This document shows, one piece after another, positions 53,319 to 64,000 of a stretch of DNA of 64,000 nucleotides (positions are counted from its first letter, which is position 1; each line of letters starts with the position of its first letter). The stretch lies in NCBI GenBank assembly GCA_951406725.2, contig OX597823.1, forward strand, positions 96,844,001-96,908,000, in the 5' to 3' direction. The stretch comes from Octopus vulgaris (taxonomy: Eukaryota). The translations under genes were made by a program, and so were the position numbers. Below the pieces are notes generated by a model, which saw only the letters and a program-made list of their open reading frames with translations, searched no databases and had not been told where the DNA came from.

Positions 53319-54273
53319 TATATCTTCTCCTCCTCCTCCTCTTCTTCTTGAGTTGGAGGGCGCTAGTCAATTACATTGACCCCAGTATGTAACTGGTACT
53401 TATTTCATTGACCCTCAAAGGACAAAAGATGAAGTCACCTTGGTGGAATTTGAACTTAGACCATAAGGATGGACGAAATGCCGTTGAGCATTTCACCTGG
53501 CATGCTAATGACTCACCACCTTCTTTACTAATAATAATAATAACCTTTCTATTATATGTACAAGGCCTGAAATTTGTTGGGGGGACTAGTCGATCATATC
53601 GACCTCATTACTCGACTAGTACTTAATTTATCAACCCCAAAAGGATGAAAGGCAAAGTCAACCTTGGCGGAATTTGAACTCAGAACGTAACAGCAGACGA
53701 AATACTGCTAAGCATTTCGCCCGGTGTGCTAACGATTCTAACAATATGCTTATTACATACAGAGCCCTGATACACTTTGACTCATTGGAAAATGGCAAAA
53801 GAGGGAATAGAAGAAAAAACAGTAAAGAAAGACAGCAATGAAAGCTTGAAGTGCATACGTAATACACAGAATAAAGCACAAAAAGATAGAAAAGGGAACA
53901 TTTAAAGACCCCTAAAGAGGAGCACGTTAACGCTGAAGTGATTGTTCTTTTACCACCACCACAGCTATTACAGCTATTGTTACTGCAGCTACTACTACCA
54001 CCACCACATGGTAGTTGTTAAGGCGGCGAGCTGGCAGAAATGTTAGCACACCGGGTGAAATGCTCACTGGTATTTCACCTGCCGTTATGTTGTGAGTTCA
54101 AATTCCACCGAGGTCGACTTTGCCTTTCATCCTTTCAGGGTCAATAAATTAAGTACCAGTTGGGCACTGTGGTCGATGTAATCGACTTAATCCCTTTGTC
54201 TGTCCTTGTTTGTCCACTCTATGTTTAGCCCCTTGTGGGTAATAAAGAAATAAGTAGTGTTTGTAGTAATAGT

Positions 54274-54615
54274 GAAGGTGCATGGCTCAGTGGTTAGAGC
54301 GTCAGACTTACAATCATGAGGTTGTGAGTTCAATTCGCAGACCAGGCTGTGTTGTGTTCTTGAGCAAGACACTTTATTTCACGTTGCTCCAGTTCACTCC
54401 GCTGTAGAAATGAGTTGTGATGTCATTGGTGCCAAGCTGTATCGGCCCCTTTGCCTTTCCTTTTTATAACATTGGTGGCGTGTAGAGGGGGAGGCTGGTA
54501 TGCATGGGCGACTTCTGGTCTTCCACAAAAATAACCTTGCCCAAACTTGTGCCTTGAGGGGGGAACTTTCTAGGCACAATCCCTTGGTCATTTGTCACTG
54601 AAGGGGTTCTTTTGC
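54274..54615 (+). mobile_element. tRNA-derived SINE (family C) with clear Pol III boxes
   Basis: TGGCTCAGTGGTTAGAGCG A-box, GAGTTCAATTC B-box, then TGTGTTCTTGAGCAAGACACTT. Relatives at 6040-6340, 37335-37560+, 39360-39510(-), 51210-51530(-). Confidence 0.8.
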
Positions 54616-55641
54616 TACCACAGACACCATCACCACCACCACCACTACTACTGCAACTACTTTGCTCAATCATTACCACCACCACCCCTACTACTACTAC
54701 TACTACTATACCAATCACTGTATTTTCTTGTCTGGCTTCCAATTAATTAACTCTGATTAGGATGGATGGTTTTCTCATGAAGGTTTATAAATGATAAAAC
54801 ACTGATGAGATCTGATTAGGCTCAAGGCCAATTCTTTCTGTGTCTGTTGAGTGGACAACAGTATATTACTGGTATCTATTTTCTCTCTTTCCCTTTTTTG
54901 CTTATTGGAAAGTTGAAAAGCATTGTTGTATCACATGAGCTACACACACACACACACATGCTCACACACTCATATACACATACATGTACCCACACACGTA
55001 TGCACTCACACAGACACACACATGTTTACATAGACACACATGCACATGCTCTCTCTCACACACACACACATATACAATTACATGTACTCAGACACACACA
55101 CACATGCTCACATACCCAGGCTCACACACACACACACACATGCTCACATACCCAGGCTCACACACACACACACACACATGCTCACATACTCAGGCTCACA
55201 CACACTCTCAGCTCTGCCTCTTATCCTTTCAGTCTTAAAGAAATAAATACTCCTTATATACTGGACTCAGATTCTATTAAAAATATCCCGGCTTCACAAT
55301 ATACAGCATTATACTAATGTGCGAAATACTAATTGAGTTACTGTTATTATTGTAATTAGGAAAAAGGAGGTGAGCTGACAGAATTGTTGGCACACTAGGC
55401 AGAATGCTTTGTGGTATTTCATCTATCTTTACGTTCTGAGTTCAAATTCCACCAAGGTTGACTTTGTCTTTCATCTTTTCGAGGTTGATAAATTAAGTAC
55501 TAGTTGAGTACTGGGGTGGATGTAACTAACTTATCCACACCTCCGAAATTGCTGGCCTTGTGCTAAAATTTAAAATTATTATTATTATTATTATCATTAT
55601 TATTATTGTTATTATTATTGTTATTGTTATTATTATTGTTA

Positions 55642-55681
<40 letters not shown>

Positions 55682-55708
55682 CAATCGTTTCTTTTTGTTT
55701 GTTTTTAG

Positions 55709-55791
55709 GTTATGCTGTAGCTTCTGGAAAATTCTTTAATAATAAATATGAATACTCTGTCATGGGTGTACCCCGAGATGGCAGTGGAGCT
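55709..55791 (+). CDS. Integrin alpha exon F
   Basis: tttttAG acceptor, GTAAGT donor. (G)YAVASGKFFNNKYEYSVMGVPRDGSGA is an FG-GAP blade ('GYSVxxGxF...GAPR'). Confidence 0.92.
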
Positions 55792-55981
55792 GTAAGTTGC
55801 TTATTTTGTGGCATTCATCCCTCTCTTTTCTCCTGCTTGTGTGGTAAGAAATTTCTCTCTCAACCATAGTGTCAGGTCTAATCCCAGTACATGGGCAAAT
55901 GTCTTCTACTATAGCCCAGGGCCTACTAAAGCCTTGTGAATGCATTTGATAGATGCAAACCAAAAGAAGTCTGCAGATTGT

Positions 55982-58386
55982 CAGACAGTAACTGGGGTAT
56001 TTCGGATTGCCAGACAATAACTGAGGTATTTCGGATTGCCAGACAGTGTGTGAGAGAAAATAGTGATGTTACAGGAGAGAAATGTGTCTGCATGGATGAT
56101 GAGGCACTTGCTTTTAATGTTGGTGAAAAGAAAGAGGCTTGGAGAAGCCATTATGAAAGACTGCTGAATGTGGAGAATGAATGGGAGGAGGAGAGCCTGC
56201 CAAATGTTGACCCAGTAGAGGGACCAGCTATCCGAATAGACAGCTCCCTTGTAGTTAAAGCAATTAAGGGTATGAAACCAGGTAAAGCCCCTGGCCCATC
56301 AGGAATCACTGCTGAGATGCTTAAAACAGCTGGTTATGTGGGTTATGGCCTAGTCACCCGCATTGTAAACCAGGTAGTTCATAATGGAGTCATACCCAAT
56401 GACTGGCGTAGCAGCACCATAGTCAACTGCTACAAGGGTAAGGGTGATGCTCTAGATAGAAATAACTACAGGGGTATTAAACTGTTGGATCAGGTGATGA
56501 AGGTCACGGAGAGGGTCATAACCCATCTCATTAGGGAGAGAATTTTCTTAGATGAGATGCAGTTCAGTTTTGAGCCGGGTAGAAGCACCACTGATGCTAT
56601 ATTCCTGGTCCGACAACTGCAGGAGAAGTACCTAGCTAAAGATAAACCCCTCTACATAGCTTTTGTGGACTTGGAGAAAGCCTTTGACAGGGTCCTCCGA
56701 TCCCTTATCTGGTGGTCGATGCGGAAACTGGAGATTGATGAATGGCTAATAAGGGCTGTACAGGCCCTATATAGAGAGGCTGTCAGCAAGGTTAGGATTG
56801 GCAACGAATATAGTGAAGAATTCCGGGTAGAAGTAGGTGTACACCAAGGCTTAGCCCTCAGTCCCCTTTTATTCATCATAGTCCTCCAGGCAATAACAGA
56901 GGAATTCAAAATAGGTTGCCCCTGGGAGCTCCTCTATGCTGATGACCTGGCTCTCATAGCAGAATCACTACCGAAACTAGAAAAGAAATTTCGGGTGTGG
57001 AAGCAAGGGTTAGAATCAAAGGGCCTTAGAGTAAATGTAGCAAAGACCAAAGTTATAGTAAGCAGAAAGGCGAACTCAGCACACACCCCCTCGGGCAGGT
57101 GGCCCTGCTCAATCTGTAGGAAAGGTGTAGGTAGAAACTCCATAATATGCACCCAGTGTAAGCTATGGACGCATAAGAGGTGCAGCAACATCAAAGGGAA
57201 ATTAACTGATAAGATAGCTTTCATGTGCGGCAGATGCACAGGGACAATAGACACCACAGATACTCAGAAAACAGATTCCATCACACTCCAGGGGGAGAAA
57301 CTAGAAGTAGTTGATAGTTTCCGCTACCTGGGTGATCAAGTTAGTAGTGGAGGTGGATGCTCAGAGAGTGTCACCACTAGAATACGAATAGCCTGGGCAA
57401 AGTTCAGAAAGCTCCTACCCCTACTGGCAACAAAGGGTCTCTCGCTCAAAGTGAAAGGTAGATTTTATGATGCATGTGTGCGAACTGCCATGCTTCACAG
57501 TTGTGAAACATGGGCTGTGACTGCAGAGGACATGCGTAGACTTGAAAGGAATGAAGCTAGCATGATCAGCTGGATGTGTAATGTCAGTGTGCGTGCACGA
57601 CAGAGGGTAAGCACCCTGAGAGAAATGGTGGACATAAGAAGCATCAGATGTGGTTAGCAAGAGCGATGCTTGCAATGGTATGGTCATGTACTGCGGATGG
57701 ATGAGGAGAGATGTGTGAAGAAGTGCCACTGCCAAACAGTTTAAGGTATCAGGGAGAGAGGTAGACCCAGGAAGACATGGGAAGAGGTAGTCAAGCATGA
57801 CTTCAGAGCGTTGGGCCTCACTGAGGCAATGGCAAAGGACTGAGATCTCTGGAGATATGCTGTGACTGCAAAGATCCGGGCTACTTCCTGCACCAGTTCC
57901 GCATAGCCCCTGCCCATTCAAAGTACCTTGGATTCCAGAACATCCTGCTGTGCTTGAAGAGACCTGTTGAGTCAAGTACATGAACATCGAAACGAATATC
58001 AATGGAAATAGTAGTTGTGACACTTGTGCCGGTGGCACATAAAAAGCACCGTCCGAACATGGCCGTTGCCAGCGCCACCTCGACTGGCTTCTGTGCCGGT
58101 GGCACATAAAAAGCACCATCTGAACGTGGCCGATGCCAGCGCTGCCTTGGCTGGCTTCCGTGCCGGTGGCACATAAAAAGCACCAACCGATCAAGGCCGA
58201 TGCCAGACTCCCCTGGCACCTGTGCAGGTGGTACGTAAAAAGTGGTTGGCGTTAGGAAGGGCATCCAGCTGTAGAAACACTGCCAGATCAGACTGGAGCC
58301 TGGTGCAGCCCCTGGCTTCCCAGACCCCAGTTGAACTGTCCAACCCGTGCTAGCACAGAAAATGGACGTTAAACGATGATGATGAT
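55982..58386 (+). mobile_element. 5'-truncated RTE-clade LINE, copy 2 (full RT domain)
   Basis: KAPGPSGI, YKGKGD..NYRGIKLL, FVDLEKAFDRV, GVHQG.ALSPLLF, YADD, PHD finger and FRYLG. Stops appear after 57657. Repeat-containing 3' UTR and (GAT)n tail. Confidence 0.96.
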
Positions 58387-61300
58387 ATATATACTCTTTT
58401 ACTCTTTTACTTGTTTCAGTCATTTGACTGCGGCCATGCTGGAGCACCACCTTTAGTTGAGTAAATCGACCCCAGGACTTATTCTTTGTAAACCTAGTAC
58501 TTATTCTATCGGTCGCTTCTGCCGAACTGCTAAGTTACGGGGATATGAACACACCAGCATTGGTTGGCAAGCGATGTTGGGGGGACAAACACAGATACAA
58601 ACATATATATACATATACACGACAGGCTTCTTTCAGTTTCCATCTACCAAATCCACTCACAAGGCTTTGGTCGGCCCAAGGCTATAGTAGAAGACACTTG
58701 CACAAAGTGCCACGCAGTGGGACTGAACCCGGAATCATGTGGTTGGCAAGCAAGCTACTTACCACACAGCCACTCCTGCGCCTAACTTCGTAAACTCCAA
58801 TCACTCTTCCATTCCACCCTTACCGACGCCACTACCCCAACTCCTCCACCACCCTTCTCCCCTCCCGATAGGCTCCATCCACCCACACCTAACCCCACTG
58901 CCCCTCCCTACAACCCCTTCTCCCCTCCCGATAGGCTCCATCCACCTACACCTAACCCTACTGCCCCGCCCAACCACCCCCCACACACCTCCCCAATCCC
59001 TCCCCCTCAGACCTCCACGAGACCTACCACCCCTCCTACTTCTATTCCACCCACCCCTTCTCCACTTCCGTCTGTTGTTACCATTCCCCCCGATCTTCCC
59101 CTCTCTGCAGCTGAACGCTCCGTCCTTGGTAGGGGTCTGCGTTTCATCCCCCTCACTCCATCCTGTAAGGAATTCCAGACGCGAGTTGATGTCCACAGCT
59201 TTGTACGCCGTGTCCGGTTGGGTGCGCATTACCACGACTCGCCACCCACACCCAACGAAGAGGACTGCTTCACTGGCCTGGGCCGCCGACCATCCCCGTG
59301 GACGCCTGCCCCTGGCCAGATCCTAGCAGTGGATCTTTTCGCGGGCGCTTGTCAGCGTGCATTGGAGCGGTTCAACTTCTCCAGGCGCCAACGCCGCCTC
59401 AACATCTCCCCGGCTGAGCTCTTGGCTCTTCGTTCCCTCCAACGGCGCGCTGACATTATCATCAAACCGGCTGACAAGGGTGGAGCTGTAGTGGTGTGGC
59501 GCGCGGACCTCTATAGGGCCGAGGCTTTCCGCCAACTCAATGACACCTCCTTCTATTCCCCTCTGCCCTCTAACCCCACACGTAGCTACCAACAGACGGT
59601 ATCCTCTACTGTCCACGACCTCATCTCGTCCTCCCGTCTCCCCTGCACCGCATCCAACCTAATTGTGCGAACCCCACGTACCCCCACCATTTACTTCCTC
59701 CCCAAAATCCACAAACCCAACAACCCTGGCCGCCCCATCGTCTCCGCCTGTAACTGCCCCACGGAGCTCATCTCTAAATACCTCGACCGTGTTCTTGCCC
59801 CTCTAGTGGCATCTCTTCCCTCCCACATCCACGATACCAACCATGCTCTCCGGCTTTTCAACTCTTTCTCCTTTCCTCCCGGCTCCTCCAAAATCCTTTT
59901 TACTATGGACATCCAAAGCCTCTATACTGTTATCCCTCACCACGAAGGACTGCAGGCCCTTTGACACTTTCTTGACCTCCGCTCTAACCCTGTACCTGAC
60001 ACCTCCACACTCATTCGTCTGGCCGAACTTGTCCTTACTCTGAACTGCTTCTCGTTCGCGGGCGAGTTCTACCATCAGGTCTCGGGAGTGGCCATGGGAA
60101 CGCGAATGGGCCCCAACTATGCGAACCTGTTCGTTGGCTATGTTGAGGCCCAAATATTCTCTCATTTCACTGGTCCCACTCCTGAACTATATGGTCGTTA
60201 CATTGACGATATTATCGGTGCCACCTCACTCTTCCGCGAACATCTAGATTCCTTCCTCTCTTTCGTCCAATCTTTCCATCCAGCCCTCCACTTCACTTCC
60301 ACTATCTCCAACACCTCTGTCTCCTTCCTCGACATTTCGGTTAGCATTCTTCACTCCACTCTTACCACCTCCATTCACTACAAACACACAGACTCACACT
60401 CATACCTCAACTTCTCTTCCTCCCACCCAGAACACACCAAGCTTTCCATTCCCTATTCCCAATTCCTCCGTCTACGTAGGCTCTGTAGTGACGACCATGA
60501 CTTTGAGACTCAGTCTCAACGTATGGCTCACCACTTCACCCTACGTGGATACCCCCTCACCACTATCCACACCGCCCTTGCCAGAGCACGGTCCGTGGAC
60601 CGTGTATCTGCTCTCTCTCCCCGAACCCGCCCTGTAGTCTCCCGCCTCCCTTTTCCCCTCACTTACCACCCCACGACCCTACGTCTCCAACGCACCATTC
60701 TTCGAGCTTTCCGTCATCTCCAGTCCGACCCGTCCACTTCACACCTCTTCCCTAACCGACCCCTCCCCTCTTTCAAACGAGCCCACAACCTTCGAGACCT
60801 TTTGGTCCATAGCTCCTTCCCTGACCCTACCTCCCAACCCGGCTCGTTCCCCTGCTCCCGCCCACGTTGCCGCACTTGCCCTTACCTCTCCAACACCACC
60901 CGCCTCACTAGCACCCACCATCGACCCTATCCCATCATCCACTCCTTCACCTGCACCTCCAGCAATATTATCTATTGCATCTCTTGCTCTCTCTGCAATT
61001 CCTTGTACATCGGACAAACGGGACGCCGCTTGGCTGACCGGTTCGCGGAACACCTTCGTGACATCCACCTTGCGAACGACACACCGGTCTCACGCCATTT
61101 CCGCTCCACCGGCCACTCCTTGCAACACCTATCTGTGTTCGGTTTGTCCTTACACAGAGGCCATCCGGATTCCCGTTTGCGCCGTGAACAGGAATTAATC
61201 TTCTCTCTTCGCTCTTATACGCCATTTGGTCTCAACTCTCCCCCCCCCTCCTCATCTAACCTCCTCTCCCCCCTCCTCATCTAACCCCCTCTCCCCCCTC

Positions 61301-61605
61301 CTCACCTATCCTTTCCCCCCCGACCCCTACTTCTTCAGTCCTTCATCCTTTCACCCCTACTCCCCTTCCCTTCTTCCCTCTTTCTCCCTCCCTCCTTCCC
61401 TCTTCCCCTTCCCTCTGCTCCCTCACTCCCTCTCTCCCCTTCTCTCTCCCCCTCTCCCTCTTTCCTCCTTCCTCCTCCCCTTCCTTCTCCCCCTCCTCTC
61501 TCTCCCCCCTCTCCTTCCCCTCCCCTTCTCTCCCCCTCTTCTCCCCCTCCCCCTCTTCTCCTCACTACACCACACGACTTTACACATCACATCATATATG
61601 ATGTG

Positions 61606-61925
61606 CCATACTAATACATACACCAACTAATACATACTAATACGTACTAATACATACTAATACATACACCAACCCTATACATACACACGTCCAGACCCCT
61701 CATACGCACTTATACTCTCTCATACACACACACACACACTTATACATACTAATACGTACTAATACATACTAATACATACTAATACATACACCAACCCCAT
61801 ACATACACACGTCCAGACCAATCCTACGCACTAATACTCTCTCATACACACACACACACCCTTATACATACTAATACATACACCAACCCTATACATACAC
61901 ACGTCCAGACCCTTCCTACGCACTA
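61606..61925 (+). repeat. Hierarchical tandem repeat in Penelope 3' UTR
   Basis: CATACTAATA 10-mers within three ~100-120-bp units ending CCAACCCTATACATACACACGTCCAGACC. Confidence 0.85.
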
Positions 61926-62085
61926 TTAGCTGGTCCTTCAACCCTATTATCTCCCCTTATTTCGCTCTCGCGTCTCATGTTTGATCTTTGACCTCTGGCC
62001 GAAATCAGATCGCCATGTTGATTCGTTAGCTACTGCACGCATTTTTTTTCTCTCCTTCTTTCTGTTTTTTTTTTCTCTCTGTGTA

Positions 62086-62123
62086 TCTTTCTGTTGAAGA
62101 GCGTAGGCTCGAAACATTAAAGA
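62086..62123 (+). ncRNA. Degenerate minimal hammerhead motif in Penelope pLTR
   Basis: TCTTT-CTGTTGA-A-GAGC gtag GCTC-GAAAC-ATT^-AAAGA. A6>U in the core and a non-optimal cleavage triplet. Confidence 0.65.
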
Positions 62124-62221
62124 CTTGTTTTATTTATATTTCCTGAGCGCCATACTAATACAATTGTTCGTTTGTTTTCCACCTGCCTTCGTCTTTTGTC
62201 TATTTTCATAAAGCTTCCCGT

Positions 62222-62259
<38 letters not shown>

Positions 62260-63609
62260 AGTGTGTATAAAACTTAAGCAGAAAATGGAGAAAATGTTTG
62301 ATCAACAAACAATTTGACTACCATTGATTATTATTTTTCTTAATACAAAACTTTAACATTGCTAACAGCCATTTCTGCTACCAATGTCAGTTGGCGCTGT
62401 TTAGGAAAATTATGAGAATAATATTCGTCATATTTTATAGTACATCTGATCTGGTAAATGGAGCTTTATCAGAGCGAAGACAAATGCATAAAATAAAAGA
62501 GAAGTTGAAAAGAGAAGATTGGAGTCTGATGCAGCCATCTGGTTCACCAGTCCTCAGTCAAACTGTCCAACACATGCTAGCATGGAAAGCAGACGTTAAA
62601 CGATGATGATGATGATTATATATATATATATATATACATACATACACACACACCTGTATATATATAAATGACATATAAATATATGTCATTTAATGTCTAG
62701 TGTCTCCAAGCCGGCTTTAATCTGAAATTTGCCTGGAGACACTAGGTGTGTTTTATAAAAACCTTCCTAAACCACGTCTCCAATGCATGAAACTTGTAGT
62801 AGCTCATAACTTTAAACTGTGCACATTAAAAAATATTTATCCCCCTTTGGATGGAATAATTTTTCTGTTGATCTAACCTTAACGGAGAAGTAAACTATAC
62901 ACACACACACACACATGCACTTACCTACATGCAAACATACATTTATATAGAGTTGGCTTCTTTCACTTTCCATCTACCAAATCTAGTCACAAGGATTTGA
63001 TTGACCTTGGGCTATAGTTGAAAGCACTTACTCAAGGTGCCTATCCATACCTGTACATGAATGTGTGTATGTGAGTGAATGTGTGTGCATATATATATAT
63101 GCACACACATACACATGCATATTTATATATACACTGATGCATGTGCATACATATACATATAGGTGCAGGAGTGGCTGTGTGGTAAGTAGCTTGCTTACCA
63201 ACCACATGGTTCCAGGCTCAGTCCCACTGTGTAGCACCTTGGGCAAGTGTCTTCTACTAAAGCCTCGGGACGACCAAAGCCTTGTGAGTGGATTTGATTG
63301 ATGGAAACTGAAAGAAGCCTGTTGTATGTGTATGTGTGTATATATATGTATGTGTGTGCAATGTTTATTGCTCAATCCATTTTCCTTTATTCATATTTTT
63401 GTATAAACTCTATAAATATTCACAGATTTCCTGGTGTATATTTGGTGATATGATTGGTCATCTTTCTGTGTAATAGCATTTGTTGACCAATACCTGTTGG
63501 TGAGCTACCACAAGGTTTATACACAAATTTAATTGACATAATATACATATTTTATATATTTTAATTCATTCTTTTTCATTATTTAAAATTTTAAAAATTA
63601 CTTTTTCAG

Positions 63610-63669
63610 GTGCTAATAATAGACGAAACTAATCATATCGTACAACGTTTGCAGTCAGAATCGAAAGAG
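63610..63669 (+). CDS. Integrin alpha exon G
   Basis: tttttcAG acceptor, GAG|GTGAGT donor, 20 codons VLIIDETNHIVQRLQSESKE, phase 0/0. This is the expected short exon before the next 'GSYFG' blade. Confidence 0.8.
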
Positions 63670-64000
63670 GTGAGTTCCTTTCTGTTTTTTTTGTTTCCCC
63701 AAATATTAATGTTAATACAAAGTAGCCGCTGTGGTGACATTCTATGTGGACATTTACTTTGCTAGAAACAGCAACCAGGGAACAGGTAGTAAATGGATAG
63801 AATCATTAGTGTCAAATAGAATACTTCACAGTATTTATTCCATCTCTCTGCACTCTGAGATCAAATGCTGTTGAGGGCAGCTTTACTTTTTATCCTTTTG
63901 TGGTCAATAAAAAGGGACCAATCTCAGATTGGTGGATTGACAGAACTGTAAGAATGTTAGACCAAGATTCCTTGTGGTATTTGTCCTGGTTCCTTACATT

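Larger units (their letters stand above)
58784..62222 (+). mobile_element. Penelope-like element (Neptune-type), near-complete RT plus GIY-YIG
   Basis: ORFs 59218-59964 and 60088-61284 share one frame separated by a single TGA. Motifs: IKPADKGG, LPKIHK..PGRPIVS, MDIQSLYT, AMGTRMGP.YANLF, RYIDD, CSRPRCRTC and IIYCISC..C..LYIGQT. C-rich tail, tandem repeats and pLTR ending in (TA)n. Confidence 0.96.

Noticed and set aside
54274-54350. tRNA gene
   Set aside because: A and B boxes are present but there is no proper acceptor stem. It continues into a SINE body found in multiple copies.
55936-57657. 573-aa ORF as a host or domesticated gene
   Set aside because: The start lies in SINE sequence, the endonuclease is missing, and the C-terminus has stops. 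It is a truncated RTE copy.
58026-58241. CRISPR-like repeat-spacer pattern with palindromic repeats
   Set aside because: The 'spacers' are homologous to each other, the array lies in an RTE 3' UTR, the DNA is eukaryotic, and there are no cas genes.
59962-59964. In-frame TGA as selenocysteine or readthrough in the Penelope ORF
   Set aside because: Context EGLQAL*HFL is not a Cys position, and CGA>TGA decay explains it, as with the RTE stops at 32894 and 32960. I saw no SECIS.

Overview
Eukaryotic, AT-rich, microsatellite-dense DNA, inferred to be coleoid cephalopod (Octopus-like) from its SINE/RTE/Penelope content. The one host gene I can support is a + strand integrin alpha subunit, which the ORF track does not resolve. 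Seven small GT-AG exons (14640-63669, 670 nt in total) join in frame into beta-propeller FG-GAP blades resembling alpha4/alpha9; exon 1 and the 3' exons appear to lie outside the window. The introns hold two 5'-truncated RTE LINEs with a PHD finger inside the RT, two GIY-YIG Penelope-like elements, a CR1-type LINE nested in another repeat, Dong/R4-like and Hero-like remnants, a mariner relic, hAT and piggyBac-type MITEs, a solo LTR and many tRNA-derived SINEs. The most notable hidden signal is a set of at least five complete, sequence-diverse minimal hammerhead ribozyme folds plus several degenerate ones, most with palindromic stem-III loops. Other highlights are a ~145-bp-arm hairpin next to an exon and a duplicated 24-nt candidate microexon. 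All calls are by eye, and no searches were run.
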